Assembly: GCF_902713615.1 (NCBI RefSeq) | Contig: NC_052164.1 | Span: forward strand, 6,673,088 to 6,737,087 | Length of the DNA: 64,000 nucleotides | Reading direction: 5' to 3' | Source: Scyliorhinus canicula | Taxonomy: Eukaryota | Shown: piece after piece, positions 1-10,768 of the stretch | Layout: every line of letters begins with the position of its first letter | How positions within the stretch are numbered: position 1 is the first letter of the stretch | Program-made: the position numbers and the translations under genes | Notes under the pieces: generated by a model | The model's database searches: none | Seen by the model: only the letters and a program-made list of their open reading frames with translations | Told to the model about the DNA's origin: nothing

Positions 1-396
1 ATCATTTCTCTTGCGGGTGAGTCCAGAATGTGGGGTGTGGAGGGGGGGGGGGGGGGGGGGGGGGGGCTCTGGTTTAAAATTAGGGGTTACCCTTTTAGGA
101 TACAGATGAGGAGAACTCTCTACCTCAGAAGGTGGTGGGGGCACGGGGACATTGAATATTTTTAAGTTGGAGGTAGATAGATTCTTGGGAGCCAAGGGAA
201 TCAAAGGTTACTGAGGGTAGATGGGAATGTGGAATTCGAAATACAAACAGATTAGTTGTGATCTTATTGAATATAGTAGAGCAAGCCAGAGGGGCTGAAT
301 AGCCTACTCTGCTCCTATTTTGTACATTTGTATCAAATGATATTGCTACATGTATCTAACAATGCTGCTATATTGTACCTGGAGTGTTGTTATTTT

Positions 397-555
397 GAGC
401 CAAGGGAGGAGCCCAGTACAAACTCTCGAGTACTCCCAGAGCTACTCCCCCTGGTGGTCAGGTAGTGAAACTGCACTTACAATATTGATACATGTGTATA
501 CTTGGAACAGAGTGACATTGGTAACTATAATACCGTGTGAATCTCATTCACCACA
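397..555 (-). mobile_element. Partial LTR (5' part) related to the element 1 LTR
   Basis: Reverse complement aligns with 5472-5630 (TGTGGTGAAT..., GAGTTTGTACTGGGCTCCTCCCTTGGCTC); abuts a truncated SINE. Confidence 0.8.
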
Positions 556-1103
556 CCTACCCTGCACATCTTTGGGTTGTGGGGGTGAAACCCACACAGA
601 CAAGAGGAGAATGTGCAAATTCCACACGGACAGTGACCCGGGGCCGGGACCGAATCCGGGTCCTCGGTGTCGTGAGGCAACAGTGTTAACCACTGCGCCA
701 TCGTGCTGCCCTACAGATGGTGAGATGATTGACATTTCAAAACTGAGAATGATAGTTGCCCCATTTCATTCTTTGTTGGTAGGTTGAGACATTAAGGATT
801 ACGGTAAGGACTCCGTTACGCTGCCACTTTTGAAATGCAGCTACTCAGTGAAATTCAATTGTCAGGTCTGGATCTATCTTCAGAAATGCAGGAGTACCCT
901 TGGGCACTGGGGGTTTGTGAGGGGCGGGGGGAGGGATTCCCCTTGTAATCTTACTCCAGCCCAAAGTGAAACTGCTTAAAAATAACTCAGGGAGTGTTTG
1001 TTTCTTTTAAGCACTTTAAACACTTAAACAGTGTCTTCTAGTTGGCTCACTTAACATAAAAAATTTACTGAGCGGGGGAATAGAGCTGTTCGGATTTGCA
1101 TTC

Positions 1104-1389
1104 TGGTGTACCATCAATTGAACGCGAGACGAGTTGCTGAACAAAAGTATGGCTTTAATCTACTAGATGTTAGCCCTGCGGTTGATTACAGTAGAAGGAC
1201 GACCGCCGGGAGTACTGGGTATTTATACCCCGCCCTGGAGGCGGGGTTAACTCAGCCTCTCGACCAATCGGGGAGCCGTAACATGTCTGGTCTCAACCAA
1301 CCGGTCGAGAGGCACATGACCGACCAGGGCCAACGGTAAGCCGGTGTTCTGCACCAATGGCAGGCAGCTATGCTAATCATATCACCACA
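1104..1389 (-). mobile_element. Solo LTR, third family of the same Gypsy group
   Basis: Minus strand reads TGTGGTGAT...AATTGATGGTACACCA; TSD CATTC at 1099-1103 and 1390-1394; homologous to 15629-15915. Confidence 0.88.
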
Positions 1390-1816
1390 CATTCTGTGCG
1401 CAGCATCAATAATGTACCTAATCTCTGGAATTTCCAAACATCAGCCTCTCTCCCTTTTCTCCTCTCAGGGGCTCCTTAAACCTGAACTCACTGACCAAGC
1501 TTTTGGTCATCTAATATAATGGGGTTGGATTTTCCGGCCGTTCCTGCTGGCAGGATCGTCTGGTCCCGCTGAAGGCGACCCCCCCCCCCCTCCCCCTCCA
1601 CGGCAGCTCACCCGGCACGGGGAAATCAAACCATACAAAACACCACAGACATCGGCGAAACGGAAGTTCCTGCCTACGGCCAATGGCGAGCTGCCTCCGC
1701 CACTGGAAAACATGCTGAAATGGAGCTGGAAAACTCCAGCTTATCTCCTGTGGCTCTGTATCACGTTTTGGACATTTTCTGACATTAATATAAATATAGC
1801 AACTTTGTTGTTGTAC

Positions 1817-2018
1817 GTATTAAAATTGGGTTGTAAAAGGGTTTGTTGAGGCAAACCAGAATGGAGATTGGAAACTAATCTGATACCGTTATAATTGCAA
1901 CCATAAACAATGCCAACTCGCGACCCATTATTATTATTCCCATTTTCTGCCAAACAACTTCCAGGGAAACCAAAATCTTTAGGTTCCAGGGTCAGAAAGT
2001 TAAAGTTTAAAGAATTGA
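1817..2018 (-). CDS. Putative internal exon of the same minus-strand gene
   Basis: gcccttcag| acceptor; 66 open codons (V)NSLNFNFLTLEPKDFGFPGSCLAENGNNNNGSRVGIVYGCNYNGIRLVSNLHSGLPQQTLLQPNFN; weaker donor AC|gtacaa. Confidence 0.5.
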
Positions 2019-2169
2019 CTGAAGGGCAGCAACAGGAGTAGAGTCTGTGGTTATAGTCTGCATGAACACAGGGCCTGGTTTGGACACAAAGACTGAAAGC
2101 TCGATCTGTGGATTGTTACGCATGGCCATTGTTAGTTGGTGGAATGATTTGGTTGGTTAGTTTTGATAA

Positions 2170-3060
2170 GAAACGGGATTTTATGAAGAGAGAGGTGCCG
2201 TCCTTTCCCAGGTTGCCGTCCTTGGGCTTGCAAGACAAGGTGCTGTCGAAGGGGGAGATAGGGGACGGGAAGGTCTACAAGGAGCTGATGGATTTGGAGG
2301 GGGCCCCGGTGGGGGATATAAAGCAGAAGTAGGAGGAGGAGTTGGGTGGGGAGGTGAAGGCCAGGACGTGGGAGGAGGCCCTGAGGAGGGTGAATATGTC
2401 CTCATCGTGTGCGAAGCTAAGCCTCATTCAGTTTAAAGTCATTCACAGGGCACATATGATGGTTATGCGGATGAGTAGTTTTTTTGAGGGGGGTAAAGGG
2501 TAGGTGTGGATGGTGCGCGGAGAGGTCCATGAATCATGTCCATATGTTTTGGGCATTTGTGAAGCTAAAGGGATTCTGGCAGGGGTTTACAGATGTAATG
2601 TCTAAGGTGTTGCGGATAAAGGTGGCACCGTGTCCATAGGTAACGATATTTAGGGCGTCAGCAGATCCAGGAATTCAGGGGGCGAGAAAGTCCGATGTTT
2701 TGGCCTTTGCCTCCCTGATAGCCCAGAAACGGATCTTATTTGGATGGAAGGACTCGGAGCTGCTGGAAGCGGGTGTGTGGGTGATCGACCAGGCAGAATT
2801 CCTAAGGCTGGAGAAGGGGGTCATCCTGAGGGGGTCGGCTGATTGGTTCACTCAGAGGTAGAAGCCATTCATTGACTTCTTTAAGGATTAAGGAGCCAGT
2901 AAGGGGGTAGAGGGTTAAAATGGGGAAGGCAGAATGGGAGGACGGGGCATGATTGGGGAACGTGGGTGGGAGTGGGTGTTGATTATTTATAATGTATAAT
3001 TTTACTTCTGCTTCGGTTTGTTTTTATGAAAATGCCTGAATAAAATATATTTTAAAAATT
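2170..3060 (+). mobile_element. L1/Tx1-clade LINE 3' fragment
   Basis: Degenerate ORF2 C-terminus (LIQFKVIHRAHM...C..C...NHVHMFWA), AATAAA and A-rich tail. Confidence 0.75.
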
Positions 3061-3452
3061 TTTTGATAAGAAACAAAACTCCACCATACAATCTCCCGCA
3101 GCCACTCTTACGTTCTTATGAAGGGTAAGTGGTGCCTAGTCAGACAAGACTAAGTAATAAAAGGAATTTTACATCAGCTTTTCCTTGGGTTCAATATCAC
3201 CATTCACCCTTGTAATTGGACTTGACATTCCATGCATGTTTCCACATATAGCAGAGTCCAAATCTATAAATCGAAGATACTAATACATCCAATAGGGAAT
3301 TCAGGAGAATCCTTATTAATAGAGAGGTGAGAATATGGAACTCTGTATCTCATGGAGTTGAGGCAAACAGATGCATTTTAAGGACATGCTTTATAAGTAC
3401 AGAAAGGATAAAGGAATGAAGGATATGCTGCTAGGGTGACATGAAATAAATA

Positions 3453-3648
3453 TGATGTGGAGATGCCGGCGTTGGACTGGGGTGAGCACAGTAAGAAGTC
3501 TTACAACACCAGGTTAAAGTCCAACAGGTTTGTTTCAAACACGAGCTTTCGGAGCACGGCTCCTTCACCTGAAGAAGGAGCCGTGCTCCGAAAGCTCGTG
3601 TTTGAAACAAACCTGTTGGACTTTAACCTGGTGTTGTAAGACTTCTTA
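3453..3648. mobile_element. Short palindromic Penelope-type pseudo-LTR insertion with hammerhead motif
   Basis: Inverted arms of about 75 bp; 12-bp TSD ATGAAATAAATA (3441-3452, 3649-3660); CTGAAGA-A-GGAGC-cgt-GCTCC-GAAAGCTC. Confidence 0.8.
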
Positions 3649-4427
3649 ATGAAATAAATAGAGTGAGAGGGGATTCGTGTTGAGCATAAATTGATGGACC
3701 GAATGGCCTTTTTATCTGCTGTAAATTGAAAGTAATTTCATTATTGAGCCCAGTATTTGCTTAAATACTAATGTGACCCAGGAATTATAACAAAAAAATT
3801 GAAACTATGTACACCTGCTGTGAGACATGTCATAAGCCAGCAAATGAATTCTCTTCATGAAGGGCTGACCTGGACAAGGCACAGCTTCGGACAACTAACT
3901 GATCTGCTTACATAAAATGCATGAATGAACGGTAGCCAGTTTTCACCTTGAGAATAATTTCTTTCCCTACACTCCTTGGGTTTATGAAATACAAAAATGC
4001 ACAATTTGTTTTCTCTCTAAACATTAACTTCCTTAGTCTAGCCCTTCAAATCTGAGCGGGTCAGATTTTATAATGCAGATATACTTCCCCTGAAATCACA
4101 ATGCACTCTGTGAATGAGAAGAAGTGGCTATTTTATCTGCCCCAGCTAATATCTTGAAGATCAAGGCCGTCAATCAAAATTGCTACCCTAAGGTGTGAGC
4201 CTATCCTTTGATGTGGAACCGGGAGTCTTGCCAAGTCTCTGCCCAGCTAAGCCTCCTGCTGTGTAAATGGAGTAGAACAACTTCTGGAGCATCAGTAGTC
4301 ACAAGGAGTCATCTTCTCACAAAAGCACCAGATGTTTAAGATTATACATGTCAACCTTCCTCAGAATAACTTATTAACACTTCAAATCACTATAGTAACC
4401 AGACTGGTTCCAGGCTGCCTTGCTTAC

Positions 4428-4481
4428 CATTGAGAAGAATGCTGTGTGCAAGCTTGGCAGTTAACCTTTTCTGTGCTGAAT
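4428..4481 (-). CDS. Putative internal exon of the same minus-strand gene
   Basis: aatgctag| acceptor, strong ATG|gtaagc donor; (D)SAQKRLTAKLAHSILLN; phases 1 and 1, compatible with both neighbouring exons. Confidence 0.45.
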
Positions 4482-4884
4482 CTAGCATTACAGAAACAGT
4501 GTCAGTTAAAATAATCCATCAGATGTAAATAAAAAATCAATTTTACCACATTTATGATATTTAAGAATTGCAAGTCTTTGCACATCCATGCTTTAACATC
4601 CAAATTAATTGATTAGGAATGCACAGGCCAGAGAGAGGAACCATCCTTTGGCCTTGTTACATACAGTATCATGTAGCATCAACACCTCTGCGGCCTCCAT
4701 CACTGATAGTCTCTCCATTCTCCTTTCTCTTACAGATCCATATTCCCTGCACCCAGCTCCTCCACCATTATCTTTCACCCCTGAAGTAGGTTTGCCAACT
4801 CCAGCTGGATACATTTCCAGAGACATTGGCAGAAGTGACGTTATGGAATCCCGGTGGGGGGGCGTGAGTGGGTGAGCCCACCCA

Positions 4885-5180
4885 GAGGAGAGCTGGTTTA
4901 GCTTAGTGGCTAGACAGCTGGTTTGTGATGCAGAATAAGGCCAGAAGTGTGGGTTCAATTCCTGTACCAGCTTACCCAAACAGGCGACTCGGGGCTTTTC
5001 ACAGTAACTTCATACTTGTGACAATAAAAGATTATTATTATTAAGTTCAAAGATACAGACATGAGCAGGAAATGAAAAAAATGAAAATCGCTTATTGTCA
5101 CGAGTAGGCTTCAATGAAGTTACTGTGAAAAGCCCCTAGTCGCCACATTCCGGCGCCTGTCCGGGGAGGCTGGTACGGGA
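4885..5180. mobile_element. Two tail-to-tail short SINEs of another tRNA-head family (copy also at 22222-22395, minus)
   Basis: GGTTTAGCTTAGTGG...GGTTCAATTCC head; shared tail TTTTCACAGTAACTTCAT...TGACAATAA. Confidence 0.6.
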
Positions 5181-5471
5181 GAGCAGGGTTTTCTTTGATG
5201 CACATAAATGAACAAAAGTATTTTGAATCGGTATCCTTATTTAGAATTGGTTTATTCAGCAATGATATACCTAGTTGCGCACTGGAACCGTGATCAGATG
5301 ATGTCCTTTTAATGCAGCAGCTCCTGAATCCTCACCCCCTCCCCCGCTCTGAAGAAGTCACACAGACTCAGAATATTAAGTGTTTTTCTCTCGCAACAGA
5401 TGCTTCCCAACCTGCTGGGTTTTTCCAAAATGTATTGTTTTTATTGATCACTCACTCACCTACGTACCTAC

Positions 5472-8400
5472 TGTGGTGAATGTGATTCACACTATATATA
5501 GTTGCCAATATCACTCCATGTATATATGTTCGTTATCTACCCATTGTAAGTGCAGTTGCACTATCCGACCACCAGGGGGTGTTGCTCTGGGAGTACGTAA
5601 GAGTTTGTACTGGGCTCCTCCCTTGGCTCCGCCCATGACTCCTCCCCCTGGGACTGATGTATAAAGATCAGTGCCTTAGAGCCAGCCTGCCATTTCACCT
5701 GAAGTTCAACGACTAATAGGCTGGCTCTATTGTAAGTGTATTAAAGCCTCTGTTCAGATCCAACTACACGTGTTCGCTGAATTGATGGTTCCATCAATTT
5801 AATACACTTAAGAAGCTGCCGAAGTAAAGCATGGAATCCGCTCTAAAACCAGGACGTCTAGAACTCGATCCGCAGGATGCAGAGGCGAAAGAAACCTTCT
5901 GCCACTGGCTGAAATGTTTTACGGCCTACCTGGCCGAAATCAGCACCGCTGAAACTACGGAGGAACAAAAGCTCAGCCTACTGCACGCGAGGGTAAGCCA
6001 CAGAATTTCTACACAACTAAATCCAGCCGGTTCCTACACCGCTGCGCTGGCGATTTTGGACAAAATGTATATTAGGCCCATGAACGAGGTCTTTGCCCGC
6101 CATGTGCTCACGACTCGCCGACAACGGTCTACTGAAACTTTAGCTGAATTTGCACGCGAGTTGAACAATCTCTCAAATGACTGCAATTACCCGGCCGTAA
6201 CCGCGGCCGAACATAGGGAGCTTGCTGTGCGGGATGTTTTTGTAGCGGGCCCTCGATCTAGCTATGTACGCCAGAGACTATTAGAAAATGGGGCCCAGGG
6301 CTTAGAGACTACCGTAGAGGCTGCTATCACAATGGAAGTTTCCTTCCGCAGCCTCAACTTGTTTCCCGCGGACCCCGCTAACCCCGCATGGGGCCCCGAC
6401 CTGAGGACCCCCCAAGCCTGTTCCGCAATGCCCCCCAGCTATCGCGCTGCCACAGCCAGTCCTACTGTCCCAGTCAACTACTCAAACTATCCAGCTGCTC
6501 CAGCTAATTACTCAGCTCCCCCAGCCTCAGCTCGCCAAGCCAGTTATTCAACTGCTCCAGCCTGCCACTTCTGTGGACAAAGCCAGCACCCGCGCGGCAA
6601 CACTGGTCAGCCCGATCCGCGACCTGCAGCAGCTGCGGGAAGAAAGGCCACTATGCTAAAGTGTGCCTCGGCAGAAGGGCCCCAGCCCTCAACACCCCAA
6701 CAGCGCCCCCCAGCACCAGCAGGCCCGCGGGGCCCGAAACGCTGCGGCCTGCGCTCAGGCTCCGCTCCCTCCCGCCACGTGCGATCCATGGGGGCCGCCA
6801 TCTTGGCAAACCTCCACCATGTGGCCGGCCACGTGCGATTCATGGGGGCCGCCATCTTGGACGCCATCTTCATCACCACCCTCCACGTGCAATCCACGGG
6901 CCCTAGCTGCATCCCCAGACTCAAACAGCTCATCGGAGGAGTACGACCTCCCCGGGCAGTCACCACATAGCCCGCAACTCAGCGCAGTGTTCCTGCATCA
7001 AGCTCACCAGAACGCAGCGGCATCTACTCGACAGGACGCCCAATCGGAAGAATTCGACTCACCCGGGCACCCACCACGCGGCCCGCAGCTCAACACGGTC
7101 ACCCTCGACCAATCTCGCCCCAAGCATCTGAGAAATTCGATGACGGAGGTCCAGATCAACGGGTACAACGCGTCGTGCCTCTTCGACTCCGGGAGCACAG
7201 AGAGCTTCATACACCCAGAGCTGGTAAGACGCTGTTCCCTCCCTATTTATCCCGTCAACCAAACTATCGCCCTCGCTCCAGGCTCCCATTCCATCCAAAT
7301 CCAAGGCCGCACTACAGCAACGCTAACGATTCGAGGCGCTAGCTATTCCAAATTTAAACTGTATGTCTTGCCCGACCTCTGTGCGCTACTCCTCTTAGGC
7401 TTGGATTTCCAATGTAATCTCAAGAGTCTCACCCTCAGCTTTGGCGGGCCCCTGCCCCCACTCACTATCTGCAGCCTCGCCATGCTGCGCATCGCCCCCC
7501 CTCCTCTCTTCGCCAACCTCACCCCGGATTGCAAACCGGTAGCCACCCGCAGCAGGCGGTACAGCCTGCAGGATAGGGTATTTATCAAAACGGAGGTCCG
7601 AAGGCTGCTCAGTGAGGGGATCATAGAGGCCAGTAACAGTCCCTGGAGAGCTCAGGTGGTGGTCGTCAAGACCGGGGAAAGATTCCGCATGGTCGACGAT
7701 TATAGCCAGACCATCAATCGCTTTATGCTCCTAGACGCGTATCCCCTCCCCAGAATAGCAGACATGGTAAACCAGATCGCCCAATATCGGGTATTTTCCA
7801 CGGTGGATCTGAAGTCTGCATACCACCAGCTCCCAATCCGCCCGGAGGACCGCCACTACACGGCGTTCGAGGCCGATGGCCGCCTCTTCCATTTCCTCCG
7901 GGTTCCCGTCGGCGTCACTAACGGGGTTTCGGTGTTCCAACAAGCAATGGACCGAATGGTAGACCAGTACGGGTTGCGGGCCACGTTTCCGTATCTGGAT
8001 AATGTTACCATCTGCGGCCATGACCAGCAGGACCACGACGCCAACCTCCACCGTTTTCTCCAGACGGCCCAATAATTAAACCTTACATATAACAAGGAGA
8101 AATGCGTGTTCCGCACAAACAGACTAGCCATCCTCGGCTACTTCGTGGAGAACGGAGTCCTGGGCCCAGACCCGGACCGCATGCACCCTCTTAGAACTCC
8201 CCCTCCCCCATGGCCCCAAGGCCCACAAACGGTGCTTGGGGCTCTTTTCGTACTACGCCCAGTGGGTCCCCCAATATGCGGACAAAGCCCGCCCACTCTT
8301 CAAGGCCACACTATTTCCCCTGTCTGCTGAGGCACGCCAAGCCTTCAGCTGCATCAGGGACGACATCGCCAAAGCAGCCATGCGCGCGGTGGATGAATCC

Positions 8401-10323
8401 ACTCCCTTTCAGGTTGAGAGCGGCGCATCAGAGGTAGCGCTAGCAGCCACTTTAAACCAAGCAGGGCGGCCCGTTGCATTTTTCTCCCGTACCCTATCCG
8501 CTTCAGAACTCCGACACTCCTCAGTCGAGAAGGAAGCACAAGCCATCGTGGAGGCTGTCCGTCACTGGAGGCACTACCTCGCAGGTAGGAGGTTCACCCT
8601 CATTACCGACCAACGGTCGGTTGCCTTTATGTTCGACAACTCGCAAAGGGGCAAAATTAAAAATGACAAAATTCTTCGGTGGAGGATTGAACTCTCCACC
8701 TACAATTACGATATCAAATATCGACCGGGGAAGCTCAACGAGCCCTCGGATGCCCTATCCCGCGGGACATGCGCCAGCGTGCAAATCAGCTGCCTAAAAG
8801 CCATCCACGATGACCTCTGCCACCCAGGGGTCACCCGGCTCGCCCACTACATCAGAGCCCGAAACCTGCCTTTCTCCAACGAGGAGGTAAAAGCGGTCAC
8901 CAGGGACTGCCCGATCTGTGCGGAGTGCAAACCGCACTTCTATTGACCAGACAGGGCCCACCTGGTCAAGGCATCTAGGCCCTTTGAACGCCTTGCGATC
9001 GATTTCAAAGGGCCACTCCCTTCCACTAACAAAAACATTTACTTCCTTAACATTATTGACGAGTTCTCCCGATTCCCCTTCGCCAGCCCATGCCCCGATA
9101 TGACCTCCCACACAGTTATTAGGGCCCTGCATAGTGTCTTCACCCTGTTCGGTTTCCCCAGCTACGTGCAGAGTGACCGGGGTGCGTCCTTTATGAGCGA
9201 TGAGCTGCGTCAGTACCTGCTCGACAAGGGCATCGCCTCGAGCAGGACTACCAGTTACAACCCCAGGGGGAACGGACAGGTGGAGAGGGAGAACGCGACG
9301 GTCTGGAAGACCGTCCTACTGACCCTCAGGTCCAGGAAGCTCCAAGTTTCCCAATGGCAGGAAGTCCTCCCTGACGCGCTCCAAGCAATTAGATCCCTCC
9401 TGTGTACAGCTACCAACCAAACCCCCCCACGAGCGGCTCTTCATTTTTTCAAGGGGCACTACCACAGGGGTCTCACTTCCGGCGTGGCTGAGGACGCCAG
9501 GCCCGGTTCTCCTCAGGAAGCACGTCAGGGCGCACAAAACCGACCCCATTGTTGAAAAGGTGCGCCTGCTTCATTCCAACCCACAGTACGCATTTGTTGA
9601 GTTCCCGGACGGTCGCCAGGACACAGTATCCCTCCGGGACCTGGCACCCGCTGGATCCAGCCCCCCATCTACCCCCACCAAGGAACTCCTTTCCCCGTTC
9701 CCTATGCGGCAGCCCCCTTGCGCCCCTGATTCTGCGAGCTCACCCCACCAGTCCCAAGCGCCAGCACCAGCCCGCCCCCCCGTGCCCCAGTCTCCATTCG
9801 ACCAGGAGGTGTATGAGGCTCGGACAAGACTCGCCCCGGAGCCGGCAACCGTACCCCAGACCTCGACGCCCGCCCAGCCACCGCAAGAGGCTGCAACCCC
9901 GGTGCTCCGCAGATCAAAACGGACAATTCGTCCACCGGACAGACTGACTCTTTGAGCCATCACCCCCGCCGGACTTGAGTTTTTAAACAGGGGGTGAATG
10001 TGGTGAATGTGATTCACACTATATATAGTTGCCAATATCACTCCATGTATTTATGTTCGTTATCTACCCATTGTAAGTGCAGTTGCACTATCCGACCAGC
10101 AGGGGGAGTCGCTCTGGGAGTACGCGAGAGTTTGTACTGGGCTCCTCCCTTGGCTCCGCCCATGACTCCTCCCCCTGGGACCGATGTATAAAGATCAGTG
10201 CCTTAGAGCCAGCCTGCCATTTCACCTGAAGTTCAACAACGAATAGGCTGGCTCTATTGTAAGTGTATTAAAGCCTCTGTTCAGATCCAACTACACGTGT
10301 CCGCTGAATTGATGGTCCCATCA
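5472..10323 (+). mobile_element. Ty3/Gypsy (Mag-like) LTR retrotransposon, near full length, mildly decayed
   Basis: 325-bp LTRs 5472-5796 and 9999-10323 (TG...CA, about 11 mismatches counted by eye); TSD CCTAC on both sides; purine-rich tract AAACAGGGGGTGAA before the 3' LTR; domain order gag-PR-RT-RH-IN. Confidence 0.97.
5831..9955 (+). pseudogene. gag-pol of Gypsy element 1, with frameshifts and stops
   Basis: Gag with two CCHC-type knuckles split by a frameshift near 6597; protease LFDSGS; RT (SPWRAQVVVV, DLKSAYHQ, YLDN) with a stop at 8073-8075; RNase H 8236-8760; integrase HHCC, core (IDFKGP, SDRG, GQVER) and C-terminal domain, with a stop at 8944 and a frameshift near 9425. Confidence 0.93.
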
Positions 10324-10338
10324 CCTACCTCAGGTTTG

Positions 10339-10434
10339 GCTCCATCCCTGGGACTGGGTGGAGCGTTCTGTCTGTGCAGCTCCATCCCTGGGACTGGGTG
10401 GAGCGTTCTGCCTGTGCAGCTCCATCCCTGGGAC
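10339..10434. repeat. 40-bp tandem repeat, about 2.4 copies
   Basis: GCTCCATCCCTGGGACTGGGTGGAGCGTTCTG(T/C)CTGTGCA repeated. Confidence 0.8.
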
Positions 10435-10587
10435 AGAAACCCCTGTGCCTGCTTTCTGTAGACGTGTCAATTCCCCCACCTACTCACACCACACTCACTT
10501 CACAGTTGGCCCAGGGAAGCTGTTGAGCAGTTCTCCGATCCTCCTGCCAAGCAAACCAGGACCTAGAGACACAATGGTCACCATTCG

Positions 10588-10768
10588 GGGCAGCACGGTG
10601 GCACAGTGGGTTAGCCCTGCTGCCTCACGGTGCCGAGGTCCCAGGTTCGATCCCAGCCCTGGGTCACTGTCCATGTGGAGTTTGCACATTCTCCCCGTGT
10701 CTGCGTGGGTCTCACCCCCACAACCCAAAAGATGTGCCGAGTAGGTGGATTGGCCAGGCTAAATTGAA
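10588..10768 (+). mobile_element. Short tRNA-derived HE1/V-type SINE. Other copies: 556-711(-), 11968-12177(-), 17660-17880(-), 20515-20705(+), 23133-23355(+), 38768-38985(-), 45279-45475(-), 52752-52930(-), 55495-55705(+), 55778-55995(-), 58738-58950(-)
   Basis: GGGCAGCACGGTGGCACAGTGG (A box)...GGTTCGATCCC (B box)...TGGAGTTTGCACATTCTCCCCGTG, repeated more than 10 times. Confidence 0.9.

Noticed and set aside
6590-6670. Programmed gag-pol frameshift
   Set aside because: The shift falls inside the zinc-knuckle region with no slippery heptamer and breaks the first knuckle, so it is more likely a decay indel in a single gag-pol ORF.
9560-9955. Separate env or accessory ORF in Gypsy element 1
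   Set aside because: It is the frameshifted integrase C-terminus plus a Pro-rich tail; no signal peptide or transmembrane segment.
10588-10660. tRNA genes
   Set aside because: The A/B boxes belong to tRNA-derived SINE heads and continue into SINE bodies.
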